Source: Negativicutes bacterium
GTDB taxonomy: Bacteria; Bacillota; Negativicutes; UBA1444
Assembly: GCA_963665275.2 (NCBI GenBank)
Contig: CAXXIN010000007.1
Span: 64,001-128,000 of the forward strand
Direction of reading: 5' to 3'
Length of the DNA stretch: 64,000 nucleotides
In this document: positions 29,735-40,357 of the stretch, one piece after another
Layout: every line of letters starts with the position of its first letter
Numbering within the stretch: the stretch's first letter is position 1
Made by a program: the position numbers and the translations under genes
Notes under the pieces: model-generated
What the model was told of the DNA's origin: nothing
Databases searched by the model: none
What the model saw: the letters and a program-made list of their open reading frames with translations, nothing else

Positions 29735-30735
29735 TAGGCTGGCCTCCTTTCAGCGGCAAGTGCGGCGGCCTGATGCCAGCACCGGACTTTATGAGTCTCA
29801 TCGACTGCTATCAGTTGCGGCGGCACGAGGCACTGCCTGTCGGCATGCGGACAACGCGGGGCAAAGTGGCAGCCCTGCGGCACCTGATAAAGAGAAGGCA
29901 CGTTGCCTTCAATGACATGCAGCTCTTCCCGCCGGCTGGTTTCCATGGATGGGATCGATTTGATCAGACCACGGGTGTACGGGTGCAGCGGCGTGTCGAA
30001 CAAGACCTCCACCGGGCATTCTTCTACGATTTGTCCGAGATACATGACCAACACCCGGGTGCACACTTCCGCGACCACACCGAGATCGTGGGTGATCAGG
30101 ATCACACCCATATTCAGTTCTTTTTGCAGCTTCAGCATCAAATCGAGGATCTGGGCCTGAATCGTTACATCCAGCGCCGTCGTCGGTTCATCCGCAATCA
30201 ACAGGCGGGGCTGGCAAGCTAGGCCCATGGCGATCATCACCCGTTGCCTCATACCGCCGGACAATTGATGCGGATAGTCGCCAATCCGTTTTTCCGGCGC
30301 CGGAATTCCCACCAGCTCCAACATATGCACCGCTTTGTCCAACGCCGCTTGTCTGTCAATTTTTTGGTGCAGCATGATGGATTCGGCGATTTGATCACCG
30401 ACAGTGAACACTGGATTCAGAGAAGTCATCGGGTCCTGAAAAATCATTGATATCTTGTTGCCCCGAATGGTTTGAATCTCATCCTGCGATAATTTCAAGA
30501 GGTCCCGGTCTTCGAAGATGATTTCCCCTTCCAACCGGGTTCCGCTGTGCAAACCGAACAAACGAAGGATAGAAAGCGAAGTAACACTTTTGCCGCAACC
30601 GGACTCACCCACCAACCCCACCGTTTCTCCTTCGTACACTTCGAAACTGACGCCGTCAACAGCTGTCACCGAGCCTGATTCAGTGGCAAAATGGGTCTTC
30701 AGCTCCCTGACTTCCAGTAATGATTGATTCTTCAT
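29734..30735 (-). CDS. Oligopeptide/dipeptide ABC transporter ATP-binding subunit (OppD/DppD-like)
   Basis: [25 protein letters not shown] and HPYT; exact start among 30735/30741/30744 uncertain. Confidence 0.92.
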   Translation of the reverse strand: MKNQSLLEVRELKTHFATESGSVTAVDGVSFEVYEGETVGLVGESGCGKSVTSLSILRLFGLHSGTRLEGEIIFEDRDLLKLSQDEIQTIRGNKISMIFQDPMTSLNPVFTVGDQIAESIMLHQKIDRQAALDKAVHMLELVGIPAPEKRIGDYPHQLSGGMRQRVMIAMGLACQPRLLIADEPTTALDVTIQAQILDLMLKLQKELNMGVILITHDLGVVAEVCTRVLVMYLGQIVEECPVEVLFDTPLHPYTRGLIKSIPSMETSRREELHVIEGNVPSLYQVPQGCHFAPRCPHADRQCLVPPQLIAVDETHKVRCWHQAAALAAERRPA

Positions 30736-30772
30736 TCGCATCACCTTCTCCGCTCGTTTTTATTCTGACGGA

Positions 30773-31670
30773 TCAACCTTTGGCCTTATTGGTATGCGGG
30801 TCCAGCAGATCGCGCAGTCCATCGCCGATCAGATTGAGGCCGAGCACTGTCATGACGATCGCAATCCCGGGAAATACCATGATCCACCATGCTTGTTTCA
30901 TCAAAGTCCGCCCATCACTGAGAATATTACCCCAACTGGGTTGTGGCGGCGGAGTCCCCGCTCCGAGGAAACTGAGTGACGCCTCGATGATGACAGCATA
31001 AGCGAAAATGAAAGTCGCCTGAATAATCAGGGGAGACATGCAGTTCGGCGCAATATGAAGCCAGATGATCCGCCAGGAGCGTCCGCCCAAAGCCCGAATC
31101 GCTTCGATATAAGTTTGTTCCCTCACGACAATGGCGGCTGATCGGACCGTTCGGGCTACCGTCGGGATATATACCACGCTGATTGAAATAATGACATTTT
31201 CGACTTTCGGTCCTAACGCCGCCATGATCGCTATCGCCAGCAAAATCGCCGGAAAAGCCATCAATCCATCATTGACTCGCATGATCAGGTTATCCAGACG
31301 GCGGTAATACGCGGAATACAGCCCCAATATCAAACCCAGGCCTGATGAAATTACGACCACCGAAAGTCCAACCATCATTGAAATCCGACTCCCATATAAA
31401 ACTCGGCTGTAAACATCGCGACCGAACTCGTCTGTGCCGAACCAATGCTCGGAGCTTGGCGCCTTCAAGCGATCGGTCACTTTCATCTGTAACGGCGGCT
31501 GAGAAGCCAACAACGGCGCCAACACAGCCATTAGGAAAATCAGCGACAGCAGAATACATCCCGTAACCGCCATTCGGTTGGAAAGGAACCTGCGCACGAT
31601 GATATTTTTGTCTGAAAGAACTCAGACTGCTTTTTTTATTTTTCACTACGCTGATCGCGGCAGCATCCAC
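30773..31670 (-). CDS. ABC permease (OppC/DppC-like); +1 frameshift near the 5' end
   Basis: HWFGTDEFGRD, EASLSFLG and PSWG. The strong RBS AAAGGAG precedes GTG 31670, which is one base out of frame with the body; removing one T from run 31605-31609 restores ..FRQNIIVRRFL. Confidence 0.85.
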
Positions 31671-31698
31671 AGCAATCGTCTCCTTTCGTGCAGGTCAG

Positions 31699-32646
31699 TT
31701 ACTTCGCCAGCCGTACCCGGGGGTCAATCCAAGCATACGTCAGATCAACCAATAGGTTAATGAGTACATAAGCAGCGGCGGTCATCAGCACAGTTCCCTG
31801 GATCACCACATAGTCGCGACGCAAAACCGAAGTAACGATCAATTTACCAATGCCCGGAATGTTGAATACAGTTTCGGTAACTACCGCGCCACCGATCAAA
31901 ACGGCAAAGGTCAGACCGATTACCGTAAGAATCGGAATGAAAGCGTTGCGCAGCGCGTGCTTGTAAATGACGATCCAGCGATTTAGCCCTTTGGCTTCCG
32001 CTGTCCGGATATAGTTTTCATTCAGCACTTCCAGTAAAGAGGATCGGGTCATCCGGGCAATCAATGCTCCCTGCATGATACCGAGCGAAACGGCGGGCAT
32101 GATCAGATACTTCAAATGATTCAACAGCCCATTGGACAGAGGCTGATAGCCTGCCGCCGGCAGCCAGTTCAGCTGTACTGCGAATAGAAGAATAAAATTA
32201 AGCCCGATCCAAAAACTCGGAATGGAAATGCCCAGTAACGCTAATGTCATAAAGGACTGATCGATCCAGGTTCCCCTGTTGACAGCTGCCATTACCCCGA
32301 TCGGAATTGCCAGTACGATGGCGATGGTTTCAGCCATGACCGTCAGGGATACGGTCGGCCCCAGATGCTGCCAAATGGCAGTGGTAACCGGCATATCCAT
32401 GAAAATCGACCATCCCAGATTTCCCTGCAGAACTCCCCACAACCATCGCCCGAATTGCACATAAATGGGGAGGTTGAGGCCAAGCTGTTCACGCAGCCTG
32501 GCCAGATCGAAATCAGTGGCGTCGGAACCGAGAATAACCGCTGCCGGGTCGCCCGGAGTCAAGTGAATGATGATGAAATCGACGACCGCAACCACAGCTA
32601 ACACTGGCAGCAGGGATAAGATTCGCATCAGAAGATATTTCGCCAT
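31699..32646 (-). CDS. ABC permease (OppB/DppB-like)
   Basis: PGDPA, LGLNLP, YIRTAEAKGL..HALRNA, VVTETVF and DPR. Confidence 0.92.
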   Translation of the reverse strand: MAKYLLMRILSLLPVLAVVAVVDFIIIHLTPGDPAAVILGSDATDFDLARLREQLGLNLPIYVQFGRWLWGVLQGNLGWSIFMDMPVTTAIWQHLGPTVSLTVMAETIAIVLAIPIGVMAAVNRGTWIDQSFMTLALLGISIPSFWIGLNFILLFAVQLNWLPAAGYQPLSNGLLNHLKYLIMPAVSLGIMQGALIARMTRSSLLEVLNENYIRTAEAKGLNRWIVIYKHALRNAFIPILTVIGLTFAVLIGGAVVTETVFNIPGIGKLIVTSVLRRDYVVIQGTVLMTAAAYVLINLLVDLTYAWIDPRVRLAK

Positions 32647-32692
32647 GGGGTTTCGTCGCCCTCCCGTTTGTTTATTGCTTATCTTAAGTGTG

Positions 32693-34284
32693 TCATTTTA
32701 CCGTAGTGTTCCAGTATTGTTTTTCGCAGAAGAACACGGCCCCTTTTACATTCTTGCGTGCGGCGGAAAATTGGTGCAGGTTGCCGAACTTGATAACCGG
32801 CACGTCATCCCAATACAAGGCTTGTACTTTTTCGAACACTTTCTTGGCTTGTTCCAGATTGGGAGCTTCCCGCATTTCATCCAGCAAGGCATCCATCTTA
32901 GGATTGCTGTACCAGCCCGCCCATTTGAAACGGGAGTCGATATACAGAGTTTCGGACGGTTCAAGCGTAATCAGGAAACCGGTAATGAAGATGCTCCAGA
33001 GTTTGTCATTGGAACGCTTGCTCAGAACGGTCGGCCAGTCGTAAACCTCCAGATTCACTACCATGCCGATTTTCTCCAGCTGGTCTTTCAGCACAACCGC
33101 ACTCTTGTACATGTAGTCATAGTCCCGCGTGGTAATGATGGTCACCGGCTCGCCGTTGTAACCTGACTCGGCCAGCAGTTTCTTCGCCAGCTCCGGGTTT
33201 TTCTGGTTATATTTTTCCTTGCCGCTGTCGACATACCAGATCTGTTCCTTGAATACCAATCCATGATTAAGCTCGTAAAAGTCCGGTGTCCCCCCCCCCC
33301 CCCCCCCCCCCGCCACCGCTTTCATGATCGTTTCGGAATCGATGGCGGCATTGACGGCTTGGCGTTTTTTTCACGTCAGCGAACAATCCGCTCTTAGTGT
33401 TGAAAATCATGGAAATATAGCTCGAAGGTTTTGCAACCTGCACGTTGATGTTGGGATCTTTTTTCAGAGACTCGTAACTATCAGTCGGCAGGCCTTCCGC
33501 GAAATCATATTCGCCCGGACTGGATGCCGGCCACCCGGGTTGCCGCATCCGGCACGAAATAGAAGAATATGTTGTCCACCAGGGCTTCTTTCTTGCCCGA
33601 TAGGCCGCTTGTAGGGCCAGGAGCTGTTTTGTAACCGGCGTATTTTTTCACCTGGATATATTGATTCTGTTTCCAGTCGACAAACTCGAAGGGGCCGGTG
33701 CCGATGAATTTTTTGACATTGCCGTCGCCTGCTTCTTCAATTACTTCTTTCGGCATGATGACAGCACCCTGGGACGGATACGCCAGAGCCGGCAGCAATG
33801 CGCTGGACGGTTTGGGCAGAGTGATTACGACCGTATTGCTGTCTTTGGCGGTAATGGTGGCCGGCGCAACAACCGCCCTGCCGATAGTGGAGTATTTCCG
33901 CCACCGCAGCAGCGAAGCAACGACATCATCCGCAGTCAGATCCTTGCCATTGTGGAATTTGATGCCTTTACGCAGCGGGAAAGTGAAGGTCTTGCCATCC
34001 GGACTGATTTCGATTTTTTCCGCCAGGGAGGGTACTACCTGGTATTTTTCATCGACTGTGACCAGGTATTCAAAAATGTGCCACCCAACCTGTTGCGTCA
34101 CCGTTGCCGTGGTTCTGTGCATGTCGATCGTGGGCGGAGTCGTGGTCAACGCCACCTTCAAATCATTTTTCTCTTTACCGCCTCCCGCCCCCGGCGCCGT
34201 CGGCGTGGACGAACTGGAACAACCGAGAGTGAATAGAAGAATCAGAACTACCAATAATACAGAGATTTGTTTTTTCGTTGTCAT
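32693..34284 (-). pseudogene. Family 5 (Opp/Dpp) substrate-binding lipoprotein, split by two +1 frameshifts and containing a G22 tract (real lesion or sequencing error)
   Basis: Lipobox LFTLGC; three consecutive ORFs join as GIQS-GEYDF...DVKK-RQAVNAAID...KAVAG7TPDF if one base is removed at a GGG near 33515 and at an A7 near 33365-33371. Confidence 0.8.
33290..33311. repeat. 22-nt C homopolymer (G22 on the coding strand)
   Basis: Directly visible; encodes Gly7 in frame. Confidence 0.95.
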
Positions 34285-34325
34285 ACCATAGCCTCCTCAT
34301 TATGTTTGTGGCAATTGCGCGAAAT

Positions 34326-35913
34326 TTATTGGCCGCGTCTCAGGGTCCGGCCTTCGAGAGCTCCTGTATACTGACCTTGCCTGACGGCCACGGATCCATT
34401 GATCAGCACATGGTCAATTCCCACTGGATATTGGGCCGGTTCAGCAAAGGTAGCTTTATCTGCAATGGTCGCGGGATCGAATACAACGATATCGGCCCAG
34501 GCGCCTTCCCTGAGCACGCCCCTGTCGCGCAGCCCCAGTTTTTGCGCCGGCAATGACGTCATTTTGCGAACGCCTTCCTGCAGGGAGACGACTTGCTCTT
34601 CGCGGACATATTTGGCCAGCACCCGAGGAAACGTCCCGTAGAAACGGGGATGCGGCTTGCCGGAACTGGGGATGGCGTCCGACCCGATCATCGACGCCGG
34701 ATGCCTGATGATGGTTTGCACATCCTCTTCCGTCAGGAAGAATATGTTCATCAATGCCAGTCCGTCTTCTTCCAATAAAACCCGGAACAGGACATCGACA
34801 GGATCCTGGTGGCTTATTTCGGCTAATTCCTGCAGATTCTTACCCTCATAATCCTTGTTTTTCATGCAATAGGCAATCATGATGCCATCCCAACCTGTTA
34901 TTTTGGCGGTGTTTTCCCAGCCGGGCAGCCCTTGCGCGATGTCCCGACGCATGCGTTCCTGCAGGGCCGGTTGCCGCACCCGATCCAGCAAAGCGGTGAT
35001 TCCGCCATCATGCGCCCACGGCGGCAGCAATGTTTTCAGCGAGGGTACTGGCGGCAATATAGGGATATACATCGCAAGTGACATCGTTCCCCCGCTGCCG
35101 GGAAGCATCGATCATCGCCAACGTCTGGCGGCATTTCCCCCAATTTTGGCGACCGGCTGATTTGTGGTGGGAGAGTTCCAGCGCGACCCCGGACTGCTCA
35201 GCCACCTGGATTGCCTCCGCAACCGCTGTCAACACCTCGTCCGCTTCGTTTCGGATGTGGGTAGCGTACATTCCACCTTTGGCAGCCACCACCCGGCACA
35301 GTTCCCTCATCTCATCGGCTTGGCTGAAAATTCCGGGAGGATAAATCAGTCCGCTTGACAGGCCAAAAGCGCCCTCGTCCAGCGCCTCGCCGACCAGATC
35401 CTGCATACGCCGCAATTCCTGCGGCGTGGGCTGCCGATCGTCGAATCCCATAGCGCCGATCCGCACCATGCCATGCCCGACGAGAGCCGCCACATTGCCG
35501 ATCGTCTTGTGCTCGTCAATCCGGTCCAGATAGTCGCCTACACTTCGCCAATTCCATTTCACGGAACTATCTCGAAAGGTTGGCGACGCCTGCTTCAAAA
35601 ACAGCGGCAGCATCTTTTCATTGACGGGCGCTACCGAAGTGCCGCAATTGCCGACCACTTCCGTCGTCACACCCTGCAATATTTTCCCCTTTTCCCGCGG
35701 CTCGGCGAAGGACAGCACGTCGGAGTGACAATGAATGTCGATGAACCCCGGCGATACGATATGACCCGCCGCATCAATCGTTTCCGCCGCCAGTGCATCG
35801 TTAAGCTTGCCGATGCTCACGATTTTGCCGTCTTTGATCCCCACATCTGCCTTGAACCAGGGATTGCCGCACCCATCCATGACATGGCCGTTTTTTACCA
35901 GGACATCATACAT
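34326..35913 (-). pseudogene. N-acyl-D-amino-acid deacylase (D-aminoacylase), copy 2; one +1 frameshift
   Basis: PGFIDIHCHSD, VGNCG, HIRNE, SHHK and GSDAI..PHPRFYGTFPR. An extra C in ACCCTCG (35043-35045) breaks AASTSLKT. Confidence 0.85.
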
Positions 35914-35942
35914 AGCGAATCTCCTCCATCTCACTTGGTTGC

Positions 35943-36008
35943 CGAAATAAGCAATGACGCTTGCAACATAACATAGGAGTTATGCCGTAAGCGTCATTGC
36001 TTATTTCG
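35943..36008. repeat. Long intergenic inverted repeat (perfect 20-bp arms)
   Basis: CGAAATAAGCAATGACGCTT ... AAGCGTCATTGCTTATTTCG with an inner CATAAC/GTTATG stem. Confidence 0.85.
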
Positions 36009-36045
36009 ATATGTTTTTCGACTTCAGTCAGTTAAATAACCAAAT

Positions 36046-37627
36046 TTATTTTCGCAGAACTTGCCCAGCTAAAACTCCGGTAAATTGGCCTTTGCGTACC
36101 GCCACCCGTCCATTGACAAGCACGGCGTCCATTCCTGTCGAATACTGGCAGGGATCGCTGTATTGGGAACGATCCGCCACGACAGCCGCGTCGAAAACCG
36201 CAATATCGGCCGCCATGCCGATGCGAATCATGCCCCGGTCCCGAAGTCCCAGTTTCTTCGCCGGCAGTGAGCTCATCTTGAGCACGGCTTCCGGCAACGT
36301 CAACAGTTTTTCCTCTCGCACATATTTTCGCAACACGCGGGGAAACGTACCGAAAAAGCGGGGGATGCGGCTTACCGACGCTGGGAATGGCATCAGAGCC
36401 GACCATCGATAACGGATGCCGCAAGATCGTCGATACATCCTCTTCACACATCAGAAACGCGAGCATCAGGGCATTCCCCTGTTCCTCCAGCATAAAATCA
36501 AACAATGCTTCCGCCGGTTCCTGCTTCCGATCCGCAGCCAACGCCGCCAGGGTTTTTCCCTCGCAATCATGATTGATGCCGCAGGAGGCAATCATGATGC
36601 ACTCCCAGTTCGCGCCCGTTACAAATCGGTCCCAGCCTGGAATTCCTGCTTCGAATTCTTTTTTTATCCGCGCACGATTCGCCGGATCCCGCAACCGTTG
36701 CAGCAAAAGGTCGCTGCCGCCGGCCTGCATCCATGGCGGCAGAACGGTCCCGAGCACCGTACTGGAAGCAGTATAAGGATAAACATCACAATGAATATTG
36801 AGACCTTGCGCACTGGCGTCTGTCATCAATTGGAGAGTTTGGTTCACTTTGCCCCAATTTTGGGGACCAGCCGCCTTGTGATGTGAAATCTCAACCGACA
36901 CACCCGCTTCCAGGGCCACATGGATGGTTTCCTGAACTGAATCAATCACCCGGTCGCCTTCATTGCGCATATGAGTCGCATACAGTCCGTCCGCTGCCGC
37001 AACGATCCGGCACAATTCCACCATTTCAGGCGTCTGGCTGAATAAACCCGGCGGATAAATTAATCCGCTCGACAGGCCAAAAGCCCCTTCGGACAACGAT
37101 TCCGACACCAGTTGCTTCATCTGGGCCATTTCGGCGGCATCCGGCGTCCGGTCGTCAAAACCCATGACTGCTATCCGGACGGTGCCGTGTCCGACGAGGG
37201 CCGCCACATTGCTGATCGTTTGGCGTTTTTCGATGCACTCCAGAAATTCGCCGGTCGTCTTCCAACTCCAGGGCATCTCACCATCGGCAAAAATCGAGGA
37301 AGTGTATTTTTGCAGCAGGTCCAACGTCGGCAAGGCTACCGGAGCCGCCGACAGGCCGCAGTTTCCGATGGTCTCGGTCGTAACCCCCTGCAGAATTTTG
37401 CTCTGTTCACGCGGCGTTTTGAACAGGACGGCATCGGAGTGACAGTGAATATCGACAAAACCAGGTGTCACCACCAAACCGGCCGCGTCAATCCGCTCCT
37501 GCGCTTCCTGTCCGGTCAAGTGGCCGATGCTGGCTATTTTTCCATCTTTTATGCCCAAATCCGCCTGAAAGGCTGCTTCTCCGCTTCCGTCAACGATTTG
37601 TCCGTTTTCAATAATAATATCGTACAC
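36046..37627 (-). pseudogene. N-acyl-D-amino-acid deacylase (D-aminoacylase), copy 1; one +1 frameshift
   Basis: PGFVDIHCHSD, IGNCG, HMRNE and SHHK. An extra C in the C5 run (36360-36364) breaks GKPHPRFFGTFPR, which is intact in the paralogue. Confidence 0.85.
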
Positions 37628-37644
37628 TGTAGTCGTATCCTCCT

Positions 37645-38970
37645 TTAAAACCTGACCCTGTCCGACAATCGCAATGAATACAGTTGTCGGGGCCGTCCCT
37701 TATGAATCGGCTGCTCTTCACCCACCACAACAGCCAGATTGCTTTGCCCCAGCTGATTTAGAAGTCGCCGCGCGCTGCGCAGTGAAATTCCAAACCATTG
37801 GGCCAACTCGGCGGTTGTGAGATTGCTGCGCCCATGCTGTTCATTCAGCGCAACCAGCTTATTCAGCGTCCCAATGCTGACGCCAGCTTGTTTGGCAAGA
37901 GCCAGCCGCTCCGGATCAGCGCTGCGGGCAGAGTAACTTAACTGCGTTCCTTTTCCCAACGGCCCGAGTACGGCCCTATTCGGCAAAACGGCGTAGCATC
38001 CGCCGCCGCCCTGCATTTCCGCCTTTGACAATGCTTCCTTTGCATTTCGTTCGGCTTCGTTAGCTGTACAGCCAATCCCAATTCCTTGGCTAATACATAG
38101 TTGCAACGCATCGGAAACCTCCCCGACCAGCGGCGACCTCGTAAAATTCCCGGTCAAGGACTCAATGACACCGCGGGTGGTAACGAACGTCGTGTCCTGC
38201 TGATCCGACCAATACATCAGGGTTTGCGTCTGTTCACCAAAGCTTGCCAGCATTTGATTGATGCCCTCACGAATCCGTTCGCCTTCTGCATCCGAAGTCG
38301 CTTTGTCATCTCCTGTTGCACGGATACTGACGATACATACCGCCAGCTGCGTATTGCCGACTTCCAGGCTTTTGCCTTCCAATTGGACCAATTTCAGCGA
38401 ATCACAAATTGCCGATTGCGTCGGGATGATCCGGTAACAAGGAACACCCAATTCCAGCAGCCGCTCGTAAACGGAAGTGACGCAGGTGATGGCCTGGTCA
38501 ATCTGGCGCTTCTGCCACAGATCATAATGGAATTGCACTATATCCGACGTCTGCAGCCCCAACCGAAACTCTTTGACGAACAGCTGCTCGGCGAGCAATC
38601 CCACTTCATTGATCCTTTCCTGAACCTCATGGCGCTTCAGGATATCGACGCTGATGCGAAGAGGCGCCTGTCCAGTATCCCCAACGCGGTCCCGTGTCAG
38701 TTGGAACAGCACACGGTATAGGCCGGCGCCTGTGTAAGGAATATATACCATGGGAATGGTTTTGACTTGCTGGCTGGCGATTTCGTAAGGAATCGGTCCT
38801 GCAAATAAAAAAATGTCGACTTTTGTCTGATAGTCCAATGTGAGTGAAAGAGCTTCCGCTTCATGCCGATAAGGTACGGGAATCAAACTCAGACCCGGAT
38901 AATTCCTGCCAACTTCAGCAACCAAAGCCACGAGGTCCGGCGGGCCGATCACAGCAACTTTCAGTTTCAT
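37645..38970 (-). CDS. Putative transcriptional regulator (N-terminal sensory region, C-terminal HTH)
   Basis: C-terminal LTTAELAQWFGISLRSARRLL..KGRPRQLY winged-HTH-like segment; first gene of the operon; start at ATG 38970. Confidence 0.7.
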   Translation of the reverse strand: MKLKVAVIGPPDLVALVAEVGRNYPGLSLIPVPYRHEAEALSLTLDYQTKVDIFLFAGPIPYEIASQQVKTIPMVYIPYTGAGLYRVLFQLTRDRVGDTGQAPLRISVDILKRHEVQERINEVGLLAEQLFVKEFRLGLQTSDIVQFHYDLWQKRQIDQAITCVTSVYERLLELGVPCYRIIPTQSAICDSLKLVQLEGKSLEVGNTQLAVCIVSIRATGDDKATSDAEGERIREGINQMLASFGEQTQTLMYWSDQQDTTFVTTRGVIESLTGNFTRSPLVGEVSDALQLCISQGIGIGCTANEAERNAKEALSKAEMQGGGGCYAVLPNRAVLGPLGKGTQLSYSARSADPERLALAKQAGVSIGTLNKLVALNEQHGRSNLTTAELAQWFGISLRSARRLLNQLGQSNLAVVVGEEQPIHKGRPRQLYSLRLSDRVRF

Positions 38971-39008
38971 CGCTCCCATTCCTTTCTGCGGTGATTTGCA
39001 TCCCTCGC

Positions 39009-39030
39009 AAGTAGTCCGTAAGTAGTCCGT
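39009..39030. promoter_or_regulatory. Tandem 11-bp direct repeat (AAGTAGTCCGT x2), candidate operator
   Basis: Exact tandem repeat about 40 nt upstream of the regulator start. Confidence 0.5.
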
Positions 39031-39041
39031 AAATAACAAAT

Positions 39042-39084
39042 AAAAAAGACCATGCAGATATGATATCGACATGGCCACATTGCC
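39042..39084 (-). promoter_or_regulatory. Leader attenuator: GGC-AATGTG-GCC hairpin overlapping an intrinsic terminator (ANTAR-like)
   Basis: Minus strand GGCAATGTGGCCATGTCGATATCATATCTGCATGGTCTTTTTT; paralogous element at 40104-40154. Confidence 0.6.
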
Positions 39085-39113
39085 TAACTGCGTGTTACTC
39101 TATATTGGAATCT

Positions 39114-39142
39114 ACTTTACAATGCCTGCGGAAATTTGTCAA
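39114..39142 (-). promoter_or_regulatory. SigmaA-type promoter of the regulator/aminoacylase/opp operon
   Basis: TTGACA-17 nt-TAAAGT. Confidence 0.6.
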
Positions 39143-39182
39143 GCCTATAATATTGCTTTACAAATCCAGCGATCAAGTGGGC

Positions 39183-40037
39183 CTAGTTGTTGTCGATCAA
39201 TTTTTGGTATTCTGCATTCAATTGGGCGAAAATTTGACCGACGCCGTTGCCAACGGGTTTGCCGTCGATGGAACCAACCGGTACGATACCGCTGGCTGCC
39301 GAAACGAAAACTTCATCCGCGCTGGTGAAAAATTCCGGTGTGCAGAACTCTTCCACGACTTTGATACCCAGTTTATTTGCGATCTGCAGGGCAACGGCCC
39401 GCGTTATGCCCGGAAGGATGAGTTTCCCCAGCGGAGCCGTGTGAATGACGCCGTCCTTGACTGCGTAGCAATTGCTATGGGCGCTCTCGGTAACGAATTT
39501 CTTGCCGCCGTCTTCCCGTATGAAGATGACTTCCTGGCAACCGGCTTTGGCCGCCGCATTGCTGGCCATCACGCTGCCCAGCAGATTCAGTGTTTTAATA
39601 TGGCAGAAATGTTGCCTTTCATCCGGATAAAAAATTGTTTTGCATCCTTGAGTATAAAATTCAGCGGGTTTCGGCGACACTGGAATAATAGAGCCGGACA
39701 GAATGGGCCGTAGGTTCGGCACGCTCACATGATTGCGCGGTGATTGCCAGCCACGGGTCCACTGAAAATAGAACATGCCGCGTTCAATGCCTGATTCTTT
39801 CAGCAGCAGATCGCTGAACTGTTCGACTTCGGCACGGGTATAGCAGGGAATGATGTCAAGCATGTTGCAGCTGCGTTCGAACCGATCCAAGTGTTCCTTG
39901 CGCAGGAAATGCTTCCCGTTGAAAACCATCCATGCATCATAAACCCCGTCGCCGAACTGATAGCCCCGGTCCTCAACGCAGACAACCGGTTGATCTTTTT
40001 CCACAATTTTTCCGTCGTAAAAAACTAATGACCTCAT
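39183..40037 (-). CDS. dat: Class IV aminotransferase, D-amino-acid aminotransferase-like
   Basis: EDRGYQFGDGVYD, HLDRFERS, IKTLNLLGSVMA and ILPGITR; start at ATG 40037. Confidence 0.8.
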   Translation of the reverse strand: MRSLVFYDGKIVEKDQPVVCVEDRGYQFGDGVYDAWMVFNGKHFLRKEHLDRFERSCNMLDIIPCYTRAEVEQFSDLLLKESGIERGMFYFQWTRGWQSPRNHVSVPNLRPILSGSIIPVSPKPAEFYTQGCKTIFYPDERQHFCHIKTLNLLGSVMASNAAAKAGCQEVIFIREDGGKKFVTESAHSNCYAVKDGVIHTAPLGKLILPGITRAVALQIANKLGIKVVEEFCTPEFFTSADEVFVSAASGIVPVGSIDGKPVGNGVGQIFAQLNAEYQKLIDNN

Positions 40038-40103
40038 GACACCCACACCTTTCTCATCATATATTGGACCGACAGATCCTGTCTTCGCCGCACTCTGCGA
40101 TCG

Positions 40104-40154
40104 AAAAAAACAAAGACCACAATAGCACAGTTGTACTATCATGGCCTCATTGCC
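40104..40154 (-). promoter_or_regulatory. Leader attenuator: GGC-AATGAG-GCC hairpin overlapping an intrinsic terminator (ANTAR-like)
   Basis: Minus strand GGCAATGAGGCCATGATAGTACAACTGTGCTATTGTGGTCTTTGTTTTTTT. Confidence 0.6.
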
Positions 40155-40184
40155 GCATCCCAAACAAGACCCTCAACATGGATA

Positions 40185-40213
40185 AAAATACAACTTTCGC
40201 AGGCGTTTGTCAA
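40185..40213 (-). promoter_or_regulatory. SigmaA-type promoter of dat
   Basis: TTGACA-17 nt-TATTTT. Confidence 0.55.
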
Positions 40214-40357
40214 GGCGTCACATGTAAAACCGCGAAAAAAATCACCAATTACATCTCGCGGTCACTTAGCCTGAACGGAGATGTTTCAAAGACGTTTGGA
40301 GACGAGCAGGGATATCGGTTCAGCCTGTTACTGACAAACACCTGGTAATATGCCAGC

